A stretch of DNA of 64,000 nt from Vicinamibacteria bacterium. Lineage in GTDB: Bacteria > Acidobacteriota > Vicinamibacteria > Fen-336. Where the stretch lies: the NCBI GenBank assembly GCA_041493035.1, contig JBGPYB010000003.1, forward strand, positions 1,208 to 65,207, in the 5' to 3' direction. Position 1 is the first letter of the stretch. The number at the start of each line of letters is the position of its first letter. A program made the translations under genes and the position numbers. Shown here piece after piece: positions 20,440 to 29,245 of the stretch. The notes beneath the pieces were generated by a model. That model did not search any database and was not told the DNA's origin. It saw only the letters and a list, made by a program, of their open reading frames with translations.

Positions 20440-21539
20440 AAAGGCCTCCCAAGGGCGTTCTCGGCGAGCGCCTCTTGGAGGGCACCGAGGAATGTCTCGT
20501 TCTCGGATTCCGACCCGACGCTCACACGAAGGCAGCGAGAGAGGCGAGGATAGGAGGTCACGTCGCGGACGAGAACACCACGACTTAAGAGAGCCTCGAA
20601 AATGCGTTTCGGCTCGGCCTCGAGGAACTCGATCAGAAAGAAATTGGCCCGCGACGGATAGACCCTGACTCCGGGTACCTCGCGAAGCCGCGCCGTCAAA
20701 GCCTCGCGAGCTTGGATGAGCCGGCGCACAGTGTCGCGAAGGCTCTCCCACTCTTCGATGGCCGCCCTGGCCGCCAGCTCCGAGAAGAAGTTGAGGTTGT
20801 AAGGGAGGCGTGCCTTGTTGACCTCGCGGACAAGGTCGGGGGACGCAAGGAGGTATCCGACGCGCCCTCCGGCCAGGCCCATGGCCTTCGAGAAGGTGCG
20901 GAGGACGACGAGGTTCGAACAGGTGGCCAGAAGGGGGACGACCGTTTCTCCCGAGAACTCGTGATAGGCCTCGTCCACAATGACGAGGCCGTCAGATTCC
21001 CGGCAGAGCCTCTCGACGGCGGCGGCGGGATAGAGGCTACCCGTCGGGTTGTTCGGGGAGCAGACGATGGTCACCGGCGCTTCGGCTTCGCGGCGTGCCG
21101 CGGCCAGGGCCTCAGTGTCGTATTCCAGCTCGGGTCCAACGCCCACGCGGATGACTTCGCCGCCGAGGATGCGGGTCAAGAGCGCGTACAGCGTGAAGGT
21201 TGGTTCCGGAATGACGACCCGCGTCCCCGGACCCACCGTGATGAGGAGCAGGGCTTCGATCAACTCGTTGGAGCCGTTCCCAGCCAGAACTCCGTCCTCT
21301 CTCCAGCCGGAGAAGCGCGCGAGCGCCGCAATCAGCTCGCGAGGATCGAACTCCGGATAGCGAGACCACGGACGCCGCATGGCCTGCTCCACCACCCGGC
21401 GCTTGATGGCTTCGGGGAGATCGTACGGGTTCTCGTTCTGGTTGATCTTCACGGCAGCATTCCGCGCCGCGAGCGTGTAGGCCGCCACGCCCCTCACCGA
21501 TGGCTTCACGTGGCGGAGAACGTCGTCCTTGACGATCAC
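20436..21539 (-). CDS. hisC: histidinol-phosphate aminotransferase
   Basis: Class II aminotransferase; KINQNENPYDLPEAIKRRV...SFSKAMGLAGGRVGY (PLP lysine). Confidence 0.9.
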   Translation of the reverse strand: MIVKDDVLRHVKPSVRGVAAYTLAARNAAVKINQNENPYDLPEAIKRRVVEQAMRRPWSRYPEFDPRELIAALARFSGWREDGVLAGNGSNELIEALLLITVGPGTRVVIPEPTFTLYALLTRILGGEVIRVGVGPELEYDTEALAAARREAEAPVTIVCSPNNPTGSLYPAAAVERLCRESDGLVIVDEAYHEFSGETVVPLLATCSNLVVLRTFSKAMGLAGGRVGYLLASPDLVREVNKARLPYNLNFFSELAARAAIEEWESLRDTVRRLIQAREALTARLREVPGVRVYPSRANFFLIEFLEAEPKRIFEALLSRGVLVRDVTSYPRLSRCLRVSVGSESENETFLGALQEALAENALGRPL

Positions 21540-22864
21540 CCCGCCCTCCCCGCGCCCCGCCGGACACGGCGATCACCGGTCACGAACCGAGTCACGACGC
21601 TCTCAGCGTGGCCGACGAACCCCTCGGCTCGTGCCACGGCCACTATTCCATCGGCCACAAGGCGAAGACTGTTCTTCGTCATCGTCACGACGCTCTGTCG
21701 CCGCTGGAAGTCCCGCACCGAGAGAGGCGAGGCGTACCGCGCCGCGCCGCCCGTCGGCAGTACGTGGTTCGGGCCGATGCCGTAGTCCCCCACCGCGACC
21801 GGCGCGTGTCTTCCCACGAAGACCGCCCCCGCCACGATCCGCTTGGCTACGGTGCCGGATCGTCGCGTCATGACCTCGGCGTGTTCCGGCGCGAGGGCGT
21901 TCACCGCCGCGATCCCTTGCTCAAGGTCCTTCGCCAGAACGATAGCGCCGTTTCGATCCAGCGCACGCCGCGCCGCCGCGACGTTCGCCACTGACGGAAG
22001 CCCCGCCTCGACCCGGCGCCGGACCTCGGCGGCCAGCGTCGCCGAGGGTGTGACGAGAACGACCGTCTCGTCCCCGCTCCCGTGCTCGGCCTGCGCCAGA
22101 AGGTCGGCGGCCACCCAACCCGCGTCGGCCGAGTCGTCAGCGAGGACCACCACCTCGCTCGGCCCGGCGTCATGGTCGATCTCGACGGCGCCACGCACCT
22201 GGCGTTTCGCCGCGGCAACGTAGGCATTCCCGGGGCCGACGATCTTCGCCACCTTCGAGACGCTCTCGGTGCCGTACGCGAGTGCCGCCACAGCCTGCGC
22301 CCCGCCGATCCGAAAGACCGAGGTCTCCACGCCGGCGATGACGAGAGCGGCGGCGACGGCGGGGTTCGCTTCGAGCGCGCGGGGTGGCGTGACCACGATG
22401 ATCCTCGGAACGCCGGCGATTCGGGCCGGGATCGCGTTCATGAGGACCGACGAGGGATAGGCACCCGCCCCTCCCGGCACGTAGAGCCCTACGGCATCGA
22501 GAGGCGCGACCCGTTCCTCGAGGCTCCCTCCCCCGGGGAGCGGTAAACGGAATCCCGCGGAGCGCTGGCGACGATGGTAAGCCTCCACCCGGCGGGCCAT
22601 TTGCCGGAGCGCGGCCACCACCGATGGCGCGGCGCGTCGCGCGAGGGCTCGGGTCTCGGCTGGGGGGAGGCGAAGCGTGCGAGGGGTGAGGCGGACGCCG
22701 TCGAACCGCTGCGTGAGACGCACCAAGGCGTCGTCGCCCGATCGACGCACCTCGGCGAGAACGGCGGCTACCGCCCGCTCCACTCGCCCATCTCGTGCGC
22801 CACCGCGAGGCAGGGAGGCGACGTAGAGATGCCACGCGGCGGTACCGAAGCGCAGCGTCTTCAC
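21536..22864 (-). CDS. hisD: histidinol dehydrogenase
   Basis: GLYVPGGAGAYPSSVLMNAIPA...GPGNAYVAAAKRQV...AQAEHGSGDETV. Confidence 0.95.
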   Translation of the reverse strand: MKTLRFGTAAWHLYVASLPRGGARDGRVERAVAAVLAEVRRSGDDALVRLTQRFDGVRLTPRTLRLPPAETRALARRAAPSVVAALRQMARRVEAYHRRQRSAGFRLPLPGGGSLEERVAPLDAVGLYVPGGAGAYPSSVLMNAIPARIAGVPRIIVVTPPRALEANPAVAAALVIAGVETSVFRIGGAQAVAALAYGTESVSKVAKIVGPGNAYVAAAKRQVRGAVEIDHDAGPSEVVVLADDSADAGWVAADLLAQAEHGSGDETVVLVTPSATLAAEVRRRVEAGLPSVANVAAARRALDRNGAIVLAKDLEQGIAAVNALAPEHAEVMTRRSGTVAKRIVAGAVFVGRHAPVAVGDYGIGPNHVLPTGGAARYASPLSVRDFQRRQSVVTMTKNSLRLVADGIVAVARAEGFVGHAESVVTRFVTGDRRVRRGAGRAG

Positions 22865-23475
22865 GCGGATGCCCTCCGAAGGGTCTCGAGAAGCCCCGAG
22901 ACCTCCTGCCTCCGGGCGTGGTAGCTCGCGCGATTGACGATGAGGCGCGCCGATGACGCAGCGACCTCCTCCACTGAGACGAGGCCATTCTCCTCGAGAG
23001 TGCGTCCCGTCTCGACCACGTCGACGATGCAGTCGGCGAGGCCCAGACCGGGGGCAAGCTCCACGGATCCGGAGAGCTTCACGACCTCGACCGACACCCC
23101 GCGCTCGAGGAAGTAGGCCGAGGCGACACGCGGATACTTCGTGGCCACGCGAACGGTGGAGGCGCGCTCCGCGCCCGCCGAGGCCCGGGGCCTTGCGAGC
23201 ACGAGGCGGCAGCGACCGAAGCCCAGGTCCACGGGCTCGTAGACGTCACTCCCCGTCTCCAGAAGCACGTCACGCCCCGCAATCCCGCAGTCGGCGACGC
23301 CGTACTCGACATAGGTCGGGACGTCCATGTCCTTGACGAAGAGGAACCGGAGGCCGCCCAAAGAGACCACGAGCTTGCGCCCTTCGCCCTCCGGGAACGG
23401 GAGGCCCGCCTTCCGGAACAGCGCCTCGGAGCCCGCGAGGAGTTTTCCCTTGGAAAGGGCCACGGTGAGGCTCAT
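22861..23475 (-). CDS. hisG: ATP phosphoribosyltransferase (short form)
   Basis: MSLTVALSKGKLLAGSEALFRKAGL...DVPTYVEYGVADCGIAGRDVL. 204 aa short-form HisG, consistent with the presence of hisZ. Confidence 0.9.
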   Translation of the reverse strand: MSLTVALSKGKLLAGSEALFRKAGLPFPEGEGRKLVVSLGGLRFLFVKDMDVPTYVEYGVADCGIAGRDVLLETGSDVYEPVDLGFGRCRLVLARPRASAGAERASTVRVATKYPRVASAYFLERGVSVEVVKLSGSVELAPGLGLADCIVDVVETGRTLEENGLVSVEEVAASSARLIVNRASYHARRQEVSGLLETLRRASA

Positions 23476-24596
23476 TGCCTTCCCTCGGAGGGGTCGACGA
23501 ACCGAACGCGATCACCGGCGGCACGCTTCTGGCGCGCCTTCCGGAGAGCTTGGCCAATGTCCGCGCCGGTGACGGTCTCGACAGGACTCGTAGGAACCTC
23601 GGGGAGCACACCCTGTCGACCGAGAAGCAGTGCGACACGATCCAGACCGAGCATGAAGCCTACCGCCGGCATGGGACGTCCGAAGCGCCCCAGGAGGGCG
23701 TCGTAGCGCCCGCCGCCGCCGACCTCGAAGCCGAGCCCGGGCGCGTAGACCCGGAAGACGATGCCGGTGTAGTAGTCGAGACCCCGCACCTCGCTGAGGT
23801 CGATCGCCACGTGATCGCCGAGGCCGGCGTCCCGAAGACCTTGCGCGACGACGCGGAGTTCCGTCAGCGAACGCAGGGCGGCCGGAGACGTGGACAGAGC
23901 GCGTTCCGCCTCGTCGAGGACGCCGAGCCCGCCGGCGAGAGCGGTGAGGCCGGCGAGCGCGTTGCCGGCACCCCACGGGGAGAATGCCATGCCGAGGCCA
24001 TCGCGCACCCCTGTCTCATCCTTGGCCTCGACCCTCTCCCGAAGGATCTCGATACGCGCGGCGTCCAAGCCAGATTCCGCCACGAGGCCGCTGAAGATCC
24101 CGACGTGGCCGAGGGTCAGCACCCACCCGCCGGCGCCGAGAGCGTCCAGGCACTCCGCGGCGATCGCAAGTACCTCGAGGTCCGCCGCGGGACCGGGGCC
24201 ACCCAGGTGTTCCAGGCCCATCTGGAACAACTCGCTCTGCCGGCCTGCCTTCGGCGGCTCGTAGCGGAGCACTTCCCCCGAGTAGTAGAGCCGAATCGGT
24301 GCCGAACGATCCGCCAGCCGCCCCGCCGCGATCTTCGCCAGGAGGCTCGTGAAGTCTGGACGCAGGGCGAGAAGGCTTCCGTCGCGTCCGACGAACGAGT
24401 ACGTCTTCGACTCGAGGGCAGAACCGGCGAACACGTCGGCGTAGTCGTAGAGAGGCGGGATGATCTCTTCGTAGTCCCATCCTTCGAAGACCTCGACGAC
24501 CCGGCTCTCGATGGCGCGGCGCCGCCGCGCTTCGTCACCGACGAAGCACTGGACGCCGGGAGGAACCTGGACGAGCCGATGGGACGTGCCGTTCAT
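23472..24596 (-). CDS. hisZ: ATP phosphoribosyltransferase regulatory subunit (HisS paralogue)
   Basis: Class II aaRS-like core without anticodon-binding domain. Immediately upstream of short hisG. Confidence 0.82.
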   Translation of the reverse strand: MNGTSHRLVQVPPGVQCFVGDEARRRRAIESRVVEVFEGWDYEEIIPPLYDYADVFAGSALESKTYSFVGRDGSLLALRPDFTSLLAKIAAGRLADRSAPIRLYYSGEVLRYEPPKAGRQSELFQMGLEHLGGPGPAADLEVLAIAAECLDALGAGGWVLTLGHVGIFSGLVAESGLDAARIEILRERVEAKDETGVRDGLGMAFSPWGAGNALAGLTALAGGLGVLDEAERALSTSPAALRSLTELRVVAQGLRDAGLGDHVAIDLSEVRGLDYYTGIVFRVYAPGLGFEVGGGGRYDALLGRFGRPMPAVGFMLGLDRVALLLGRQGVLPEVPTSPVETVTGADIGQALRKARQKRAAGDRVRFVDPSEGRQ

Positions 24597-24599
24597 CCT

Positions 24600-25685
24600 T
24601 CAGCTCCCCACGTATTTGGCGTAGAGCGTGCGAGCCTGCGCCGGGTCCTTGACGCCCTTGACGATGGCGCGACCGTCGCCGAAGACGACGAGGTTGGCCT
24701 CTCGCGAGGAGAATCGGACCAGATGCTCGTTGGCGGACACCTCGCCCAGGGCGGCGAGACGTCCCGCGAGGGCGGGCAGATCGACCCGCGAGCCTCTCGG
24801 TGGGCGCACCTGTACCGCGTCGCGACCGCAGAGGAATGCAGCCCCACCCGCTGGCACCGAAGTCAGGGAGTCAAAGTGGCCCTCGGTACACGCCGGGCAG
24901 GAAGGAACGCGACGCCTGAGGTCCATCACTTCGAAGACCCCCTGCCACAGATCCACCGTCACGATTCCAGGCAGCAAGTCTTCGTTTCGTTCAGCCAGGA
25001 CCTTGAGGGCCTCGCCGGCCTGGATGCCGGCGATCACGTGGACGATCGGCGCCACGACGCCGGCCGTGTCGCAGGTCGGGCCCGAGCCCGGAGGAGGCAT
25101 CTCCTCGAGGACGCAGCGAAGGCACGGGGACACCATGGGCCGAACGAGAAGCGCCAAGCCGTAGGAGCCGACGCAGGCGCCGTAGATCCACGGAATCCCC
25201 TCGCGAACGCAGAAGTCATTGACCAGGAAGCGTGTCTCGAAGTTGTCGGTGCCGTCGAGGACGAGATCTGCGCCCTTCAGGATCTCGTCGACGTTCTCGG
25301 CCGACAGATCGGCCACGACGCCGAGAACCGTCACGTCGGAGTTGACGCGACGAAGCTTGGTCTCGGCAGCGACGGCCTTCGGCAGGCCACGCGCGACATC
25401 CTCCTCGTCGAACAACACCTGCCGCTGGAGGTTCGACTCCTCGACGAAATCGCGGTCGACCACCGTGAGAGCACCGACTCCGGCGCGGGCCATCGTCTCG
25501 GCGAGGACCGAACCGAGCGCCCCGCATCCCACGACCACGACTCGCGACCGGCGGATGCGGCCCTGGCCCGCCGGGCCGATCCCGGCGAACAGCTCCTGGC
25601 GGGAGTAGCGGCTCACTGCCCCTCCTGCATCAGGAAGAGGGCGGCGGACTTCATGACCTGGACGGGCGCCTCGAGTCCAGTCCAC
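24600..25685 (-). CDS. ThiF/MoeB/HesA-family E1-like adenylyltransferase with extra C-terminal domain
   Basis: RYSRQELFAGIGPAGQGRIRRSRVVVVGCGALGS Rossmann nucleotide motif. Two CxxC pairs (CLRC, CPAC). ~90-aa C-terminal extension of unknown fold. Start may be internal (GTG near SRYSRQ), because the track start overlaps the aroDE 3' end by 73 nt. Confidence 0.72.
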   Translation of the reverse strand: MDWTRGARPGHEVRRPLPDAGGAVSRYSRQELFAGIGPAGQGRIRRSRVVVVGCGALGSVLAETMARAGVGALTVVDRDFVEESNLQRQVLFDEEDVARGLPKAVAAETKLRRVNSDVTVLGVVADLSAENVDEILKGADLVLDGTDNFETRFLVNDFCVREGIPWIYGACVGSYGLALLVRPMVSPCLRCVLEEMPPPGSGPTCDTAGVVAPIVHVIAGIQAGEALKVLAERNEDLLPGIVTVDLWQGVFEVMDLRRRVPSCPACTEGHFDSLTSVPAGGAAFLCGRDAVQVRPPRGSRVDLPALAGRLAALGEVSANEHLVRFSSREANLVVFGDGRAIVKGVKDPAQARTLYAKYVGS

Positions 25686-27085
25686 GTCTCGAACTGCGCC
25701 ACAGCCTGCGCCATGAGCATCTCAAGGCCGCCCACGATCGGGCATCCGGCGGCCTTCGCCTCGCGCAGCAGGCGCGTCTCGAGAGGGTCGTAGACCATGT
25801 CGAAGACCACCGATCCACTCCGATGCAGCTCCGCCGGAACGGGCGTCTCGTCGGGAGCGGAAGCCGAGCCCACGGGGGTCGCGTTGACGAGGACATCCCA
25901 GGTGCGGCCTCGGATTTCGGCGAGAGGGGCGTGAGCGCAGCCGACAGCCTGTCCGACAGCCGCCGCCTTGACCTCGTCCCGCGCCAGGATCGTGACTCGA
26001 GCCCCCTTCCCGCGAAGAGCCAGGGCCGCGGCCCGGGCCGCCCCGCCGGCTCCCAGCACCACCACGTTCTTCCCTTTGAGATCGATGAGCTTCTTGAGGG
26101 GAGCCGTGACGCCGATGCCGTCCGTGGTCGATCCGCGAAGAGCTCCGTCCTGGACGAGTACGGTGTTGACGCTTCCGCAGAGCGCGGCGGCCTCCTCGAT
26201 CTCTTGGAGATGCTGGAGCATCCCGGTCTTGTAGGGGCGCGTGACGCTAAAGCCAGCGAGATCGAGTTGCGGCAGCGCCGCCACGAACGGCTCGAGGGCC
26301 TCGGCCTGCAAGGGAACGTAGACGGCGTCGAGATGCCGGGCTTCGAAAGCGCGGTTGTGGAGGATCGGCGAGAGACTGCGGGTGACGTCGGAACCGAGCA
26401 CGCCGTAGACCTTGGTGGACGCAGTGACCTCTCGGACGCGATAGAGGTCCGCCATGAGGGCCGCCGTCAACTGCCCCGGCGCCGCTTCCGCCCCCGGCGC
26501 CGCGGCCGCGTAGGTGAAAGGGGACCCATGGCGACCCGCTGCGACACGCGTGATGAGCCCCATCGGCCCCATGGCCAGGGCGATCAGGGGCTTCCCTCCC
26601 CCTTGGGTCATCCGCCGGGCGAAGTCGATGAGGCGGCCGACGTCGGCGATCGACCGCGGCGTCACGGCGATCTTCACGATATCGGCTCCCTTCGCGCACA
26701 TCCGCGCGTACAGGTCGTCGAGATTCTCGGGGGTTCCCTCGAAGTCGTGGTAAGAGAGAACGAGGCCGTTTCCCGATTTCTCGATGATGACGTCCAGGAA
26801 CTCGGCGCGGTATTCGACGTCCACGTAGTCGAAGCCCCGCTTCACCGCTTCGAGGAGCATCATCCTCCGCCGCGTCTCGGTGTCCGTCCATCGCCCCCCC
26901 TCCTTGGAGGAGCGGCACGTGAAGAGAAGCGGCTTGGTGCGGGATCGCAGGATCGTGAGGAGGTCGAGGTCGAGGATCATGTCCCCGCGGATCTCGAAGA
27001 GGTCGGCGAGCGGAGCGAGGTCCACCATGCGGTCGATGACCGCTTCCGTTGTCTCCTCCGTCAAGCTCACACAGATCTGCGTCAT
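25613..27085 (-). CDS. aroDE: bifunctional 3-dehydroquinate dehydratase (type I) / shikimate dehydrogenase
   Basis: N-terminal half is an AroD type I TIM barrel region (MTQICVSLTEETTEAVIDRM...). C-terminal half is AroE (GSVNTVLVQDG...VVVLGAGGAARAAALALRGKGARVTILAR). 490 aa. Confidence 0.85.
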   Translation of the reverse strand: MTQICVSLTEETTEAVIDRMVDLAPLADLFEIRGDMILDLDLLTILRSRTKPLLFTCRSSKEGGRWTDTETRRRMMLLEAVKRGFDYVDVEYRAEFLDVIIEKSGNGLVLSYHDFEGTPENLDDLYARMCAKGADIVKIAVTPRSIADVGRLIDFARRMTQGGGKPLIALAMGPMGLITRVAAGRHGSPFTYAAAAPGAEAAPGQLTAALMADLYRVREVTASTKVYGVLGSDVTRSLSPILHNRAFEARHLDAVYVPLQAEALEPFVAALPQLDLAGFSVTRPYKTGMLQHLQEIEEAAALCGSVNTVLVQDGALRGSTTDGIGVTAPLKKLIDLKGKNVVVLGAGGAARAAALALRGKGARVTILARDEVKAAAVGQAVGCAHAPLAEIRGRTWDVLVNATPVGSASAPDETPVPAELHRSGSVVFDMVYDPLETRLLREAKAAGCPIVGGLEMLMAQAVAQFETWTGLEAPVQVMKSAALFLMQEGQ

Positions 27086-27100
27086 AGGGACAAAACAAAA

Positions 27101-27145
27101 AGCCTCTTCAGGATTCCCTGAAGAGGCCTCGTTGCCCTCGTTCGA
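27101..27145 (-). terminator. intrinsic-terminator-like hairpin + U-tract on the minus strand in the aroDE leader region
   Basis: GCCTCTTCAGG-ATTCC-CCTGAAGAGGC is a perfect 11-bp stem. It is followed on the minus strand by TTTTTGTTTTGTCCC. It lies 16 nt upstream of the aroDE start codon. Confidence 0.35.
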
Positions 27146-27395
27146 TCTCTCCAGGAACCCCGTTCCGCTGCCGCGGCCGGGCCTCCTGGCCCGGCGCTAA
27201 CGATGGTAGCGGTGGTGATGACGGATCGAACGCCAAGGCCACACGACGCCCGAGTGATCATAGTGCCCGGCCGTCGCAGTGGTCGAAGTCATTGAATGTC
27301 TCGAACCGCGACTATAGGGGCTCCGCCCGGGCGGTGTCAAGGGGCGGACGAGCGCCGCAGTTGCCCCGACCGCTCGATCGTTGTAGGGTCGAGAC

Positions 27396-28235
27396 ATGGG
27401 CATGATGAAGACGACGCTGCTTCTCGGGGTGATGACCGGTCTGTTCTTGTTCGTAGGAGAATTGATCGGCGGTCAGAACGGAATGCTGATGGCCCTCGGG
27501 ATGGCCGGCGTCATGAACTTCGTATCCTATTTCTGGAGCGACAAGATCGTCCTGGCCTCGTACCGTGCTCAGCCCGTGACCCGCGAGGAGGCGCCGGACC
27601 TGTACTCGATCGTCGAGGGTCTGGCGGCCAAGGCGGGGATCCCGATGCCGCGCCTCTACGTCCTCCCCGACCCGGCCTTGAACGCCTTCGCCACGGGCCG
27701 GAACCCGGCTCACGCCGCGGTAGCGGCGACCGAGGGGATCCTGAAGGCCATGAATCGCGAAGAGCTCCAGGGGGTGCTAGCCCACGAGCTGTCCCACGTC
27801 CTGAACCGAGACACGCTCGTATCGACCGTGGCCGCGACGCTGGCCGGCGCCATCGGGTTCCTGGCTCGGATGGCCTATTTCATGCCGATCGGCGGAGGCC
27901 GCGACGACGACCGCCGCGGCAACCCGTTGGCCGGCCTCTTGATGCTGATCCTGGCTCCGTTCGCCGCGCTCCTCATCCAGATGGCCGTGAGTCGGTCGCG
28001 GGAGTACGCGGCCGATGCGTCGGGGGCACGGCTCGTCGGCTACCCGAACGGCCTGGCGAGCGCCCTTCGCAAACTTCAGTCGGCGTCGGGGCGCATCCCC
28101 TTGCAGGGAGCCGATCCGTCGACGGCCCACCTCTTCATCGTGAACCCGCTCTCGGGCCGGTCGCTCATGGGCCTCTTCAGCACCCACCCGCCTCTCGAGG
28201 AGCGAATCGAGCGGCTGATGGCGATGAACGCGTAG
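27396..28235 (+). CDS. htpX: zinc metalloprotease HtpX
   Basis: HELSHV zinc motif, N-terminal TM helices, [16 protein letters not shown]-terminus. Confidence 0.9.
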   Translation: MGMMKTTLLLGVMTGLFLFVGELIGGQNGMLMALGMAGVMNFVSYFWSDKIVLASYRAQPVTREEAPDLYSIVEGLAAKAGIPMPRLYVLPDPALNAFATGRNPAHAAVAATEGILKAMNREELQGVLAHELSHVLNRDTLVSTVAATLAGAIGFLARMAYFMPIGGGRDDDRRGNPLAGLLMLILAPFAALLIQMAVSRSREYAADASGARLVGYPNGLASALRKLQSASGRIPLQGADPSTAHLFIVNPLSGRSLMGLFSTHPPLEERIERLMAMNA

Positions 28236-28302
28236 CTCGCCGGGAATCGTCGTTGAGCGAGCCCAAGCCTCCTCTCACCCCCGACCTGGCCTGGCACGGA
28301 CT

Positions 28303-28803
28303 TCACGACAGCGTTCGAGGTGACAAGCGGCTCGTAGCCGGCAGCGAGAGCGGCGTGAGCCGCTTCACCCACCGTGCGCGGCGGTGGGGCTCGAAGCCCT
28401 CCCGCTCGTAGAGGCGAGCGGCGCGCGGATGCATTCCCTCCACTTCGAGGTCCACGGCTGCACAGCCGCGGTCCGCAGCGTGGGCGCACGCGGCCAAGAG
28501 GAGCTCCCGGCCGAAGCCCGAGCCGCGGTGCTCCGGCAGGACGAACAACTCCTCGAGCCAGGCGGACAACCCGCCATGCTCCAGGGACCATTGGAAATTC
28601 AGGTATGCCACGGCGACGGGCTCATCGACCTTGCGGCCGATCAGGAAGCTCCCCCGACGGCCATCGGCAAGCACTCCGTCGACACCCGCGGCAAGCCTGT
28701 CGGCGGCCAGCGGAATCTCCAGCTCCGAGAACTGCTGGGCGAGGAGGCCGAGGAGGGTCTCGCGATCGCCGTGGACGGCCGGGGCAATGGAGCGCTCTTC
28801 CAT
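28303..28803 (-). CDS. GNAT family N-acetyltransferase
   Basis: LEELFVLPEHRGSGFGRELLLAACAHAADRGCAAVDLEV matches acetyl-CoA-binding motif A (R/Q-x-x-G-x-G/A). Confidence 0.75.
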   Translation of the reverse strand: MEERSIAPAVHGDRETLLGLLAQQFSELEIPLAADRLAAGVDGVLADGRRGSFLIGRKVDEPVAVAYLNFQWSLEHGGLSAWLEELFVLPEHRGSGFGRELLLAACAHAADRGCAAVDLEVEGMHPRAARLYEREGFEPHRRARWVKRLTPLSLPATSRLSPRTLS

Positions 28804-28870
28804 GAGGTAAATCCTATCGCCCTAGGGTGAGTTTGTCGGCGGGGGCCGCTATGATAGGAATACTCGCCCC

Positions 28871-29242
28871 GTGATGCCCAAGATTCTGCTCATCGAGGAC
28901 AACGACCTCAACCGGGACATGCTGTCGCGCCGCCTCGAGCGGCGGGGGTACGAGGTCGTCATCGCGACCGACGGCAGCCAGGGGGCCGAGATGGCACGCT
29001 CGTCCAAGCCCGCCCTGATCCTGATGGACATGAGCCTCCCGGTGATAGACGGCTGGGAGCTGGCGCGGCGGCTCAAGGACGACCCCGAGACGCGCGGAAT
29101 TCCCATCCTGGCCCTCACGGCCCACGTGATGGCCGGCGATCGCGAGCGGGCCCTCGAAGCCGGCTGCGACGACTACGACACGAAGCCGATCGAACTTCCC
29201 CGCCTCCTGGGCAAGATCGAAGCGTTGCTGCCGAAGCCCTGA
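28871..29242 (+). CDS. single-domain response regulator (CheY-like receiver)
   Basis: ILLIEDNDLNRDMLSRRL...LILMDMSLPVIDG...LALTAH..GCDDYDTKPI. 123 aa. Confidence 0.85.
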   Translation: MMPKILLIEDNDLNRDMLSRRLERRGYEVVIATDGSQGAEMARSSKPALILMDMSLPVIDGWELARRLKDDPETRGIPILALTAHVMAGDRERALEAGCDDYDTKPIELPRLLGKIEALLPKP

Positions 29243-29245
29243 GGC

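Noticed and set aside
23475-25793. 772-aa plus-strand ORF antisense to hisZ and the thiF-like gene
   Set aside because: Shadow ORF opposite well-supported genes. No motifs.
27296-28411. 371-aa plus-strand ORF and several minus-strand ORFs overlapping htpX
   Set aside because: HtpX (27396..28235) is strongly supported by the HELSH motif and topology. The overlapping frames are Arg/Gly-rich.
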